A DNA stretch of 64,000 bases, taken from assembly GCA_963747575.1 (NCBI GenBank), contig CAVVFU010000003.1, forward strand, positions 269,557 through 333,556, written 5' to 3'. The position numbers and the translations under genes are program-made. The stretch's first letter is position 1. Every line of letters begins with the position of its first letter. Origin of the DNA: an uncultured Gemmataceae bacterium (lineage in GTDB: Bacteria; Planctomycetota; Planctomycetia; Gemmatales; Gemmataceae). Shown in pieces: positions 62,230 to 64,000 of the stretch. The notes below the pieces were generated by a model, which did not search any database, was not told the DNA's origin, and worked only from the letters and a program-made list of their open reading frames with translations.

Positions 62230-64000
62230 GATGCGAAGGGTGCGCGGCATGGATTACAGGACGTGGTGGAGCTGGCTGACGGGCTTGGTTCAAACTAAAA
62301 CGCGAAGCAAGCCTCGCCGCGCCCCCAAGCTTGGACCTCGCCGGCGCTTGAGCCTGGAGGAGTTCGAAGCGCGCGTGGTGCCAGCTTCGATTCTGTCCGT
62401 CGGCGACGCCACGTTCAACCTGGCCGCGGGGGCTGCCGGATTCCAGGTCACCCGCAGTGGCGACCTGACGCCGGTCGTCGATGTTGGTTATGCCATCACC
62501 AATGGCGCCGCGACCAGCGGCACAAACTTTACCTCAACCGCCCCGACTGGCGTGGTGCACTTTGCCTCGGGGCAGACGACAGCCACGATTCCGCTGACGA
62601 TTTTGTCGAACAATTTTGCCGTACCCAGTGAGTCGTTCACTATCGATCTGACCGGCGTGGTTGACACCTTCGGGCCGCCGGCGACCTTCGCCGCCCAGCA
62701 ATCCTTTAACGCCGGGCGCATCCCTTCTCGGTGACGACGGCGAACATCAACGGCGACGGTAAGCCCGACATTATTGTCGCCAATTATGGCTCCGACACGG
62801 TGTCGGTGATGATGAATACCACGGCCCCTGGCGCGGCCGTTCCCACTTTCGCCTCGCAGCAAACCTTTGCCACCGGCAACGGACCTTTCTCCGTAACCTT
62901 GGCGGATGTGAACGGCGACGGCCTGCCCGATATCATCGTCGCCAATGCCGGGTCCGACACGGTGTCGGTGCTGCTCAACACCACGGCGCCGGGTGCTGCT
63001 GCCGCTAGCTTCGCGACGCAGCGGACCTTCGCCACCGCGAGCGGCCCTGTTTCCGTGACTACATCCGACCTGAACGGCTCCGGCCTGGCCGACCTCATTG
63101 TCGCCGACGAAGGCGCCAATGTCGTTTCGGTGCTGATGAACACGATGGCGCCGGGTGCCACAACCGCCAGTTTTGCCGCCCAACGGACCTTCGCGACCGG
63201 CAGCGCGCCCCGTTCGGTGACGGCAGCAGATGTGAACGGCGACGGCCTTCCTGACATCATCGTCGACGATTATGGAAGCTCTTCAGTGGCGGTCCTGCTG
63301 AACACGACCGTACCGGGCGCCGCTTTGCCCACCTTCGCCGCGCAGCAGGAATTCGCCACGGGCAGCACTCCCTCGTCGCTGGTGACGGCGGACCTGAACG
63401 GCGACGGCCGGCCTGATGTGATAGTAGCCAACTACGGCTCCGGCACCGTGTCGGTGCTGCTGAACACGACGGCGCCGGGCGCCACGACCGCCAGTTTCGC
63501 CACTCAGCGGACCTTCGCCACGGGCAATGGGCCCCGTTCGGTGGCCGTGGTGGACCTGAACGGCGACGGCGTGCCCGATCTCATCGTCGCCAACTACAAC
63601 TCCTTCGACCTGTCGGTGCTGCAGAACACCACGGTGCCTGGTTCCGCCACGGCGACCTTTGCGCCCCAGCAGACTTTCCTCGCCGGCAATGGGCCCTTTT
63701 CCGTGGCGGCGGCGGACCTGAATGGCGATGGCCGCGCTGACATCATCGTTGCGAACTATACCTCCGACACCGTTGGCGTGTTGCTGAACACGACGTCTCA
63801 CGTCGAAGCGTCGTCCGTCGGTGTTCCTACCCCAGTGTTCACCGCGGTTGCCCCGGTTGACGTCAATAATGCTCCTTCATCGGTGACGGTGGCGGACATC
63901 AACGGCGATGGCAAACCCGATATCATCTTGGTGAACTCGGTCCTCGACACCGTGTCGGTGCTGCTGAACACGACGGCGCCAGGAGCCTCCTTCCCCAGCT
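62230..64000 (+). CDS. large secreted Calx-beta plus FG-GAP/VCBS-repeat protein (partial, runs off the window; frameshift ~62720)
   Basis: N-part in ORF 62147..62734 with Calx-beta-like GVVHFASGQTTATIPLTI; after a frame change, ~10 tandem ~75-aa repeats NGDG(K/L)PDIIVANYGSDTVSVLLNTTAPGA..FATGNGP. with no stop before 64000; minus-strand ORFs here are antisense. Confidence 0.65.

Noticed and set aside
62488-63801. Several minus-strand ORFs (62488..63183, 62784..63260, 63283..63801)
   Set aside because: Antisense to the long plus-strand FG-GAP repeat gene, whose repeat periodicity is obvious; their translations are Gly/Arg/Val low-complexity.

Overview
GC-rich (~60%) bacterial chromosomal segment, most consistent with a Planctomycetota-type genome. 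Evidence for that lineage: DUF1501, DUF1559 H-X9-DG / TIGR03067-like, DUF4058, ECF sigma factors paired with Ser/Thr kinases, many WD40 and FG-GAP beta-propeller proteins, and a flotillin-NfeD operon. Housekeeping genes present include leuA, ligA, xylA, panB, pyrF, a cobA-hemD fusion and an LL-DAP-type aminotransferase. Two IS elements are present (IS701-like and ISNCY-like). There are several type II TA modules: vapBC-like, hicAB, and an orphan VapB. Several palindromic repeat families are scattered through the window. Pervasive reading-frame breaks occur in otherwise conserved genes: leuA, ligA, xylA, a KAS, the aminotransferase, the M1 peptidase, CocE, DUF1501 and others. These point either to an indel-error-prone assembly or to widespread pseudogenization. 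Most interesting candidates: (1) a lipid-biosynthesis-like cluster at 11.4-15.9 kb in which two soluble plant-type diiron acyl-ACP desaturase paralogs flank a KS-like protein lacking the catalytic Cys (chain-length-factor-like) plus an intact KAS. The two KS genes are separated by a 33-bp tandem palindromic array. (2) A SelW/Rdx-like gene with an in-frame TGA in a CxxU motif followed by a SECIS-like hairpin. (3) A lower-GC two-gene ATGA-coupled module (DUF4365 PD-(D/E)xK-like protein plus a small HicA-fold-like protein) next to the flotillin operon. (4) A family of structured palindromic intergenic elements with a conserved core and compensatory arm substitutions. No rRNA, tRNA or CRISPR array was seen.
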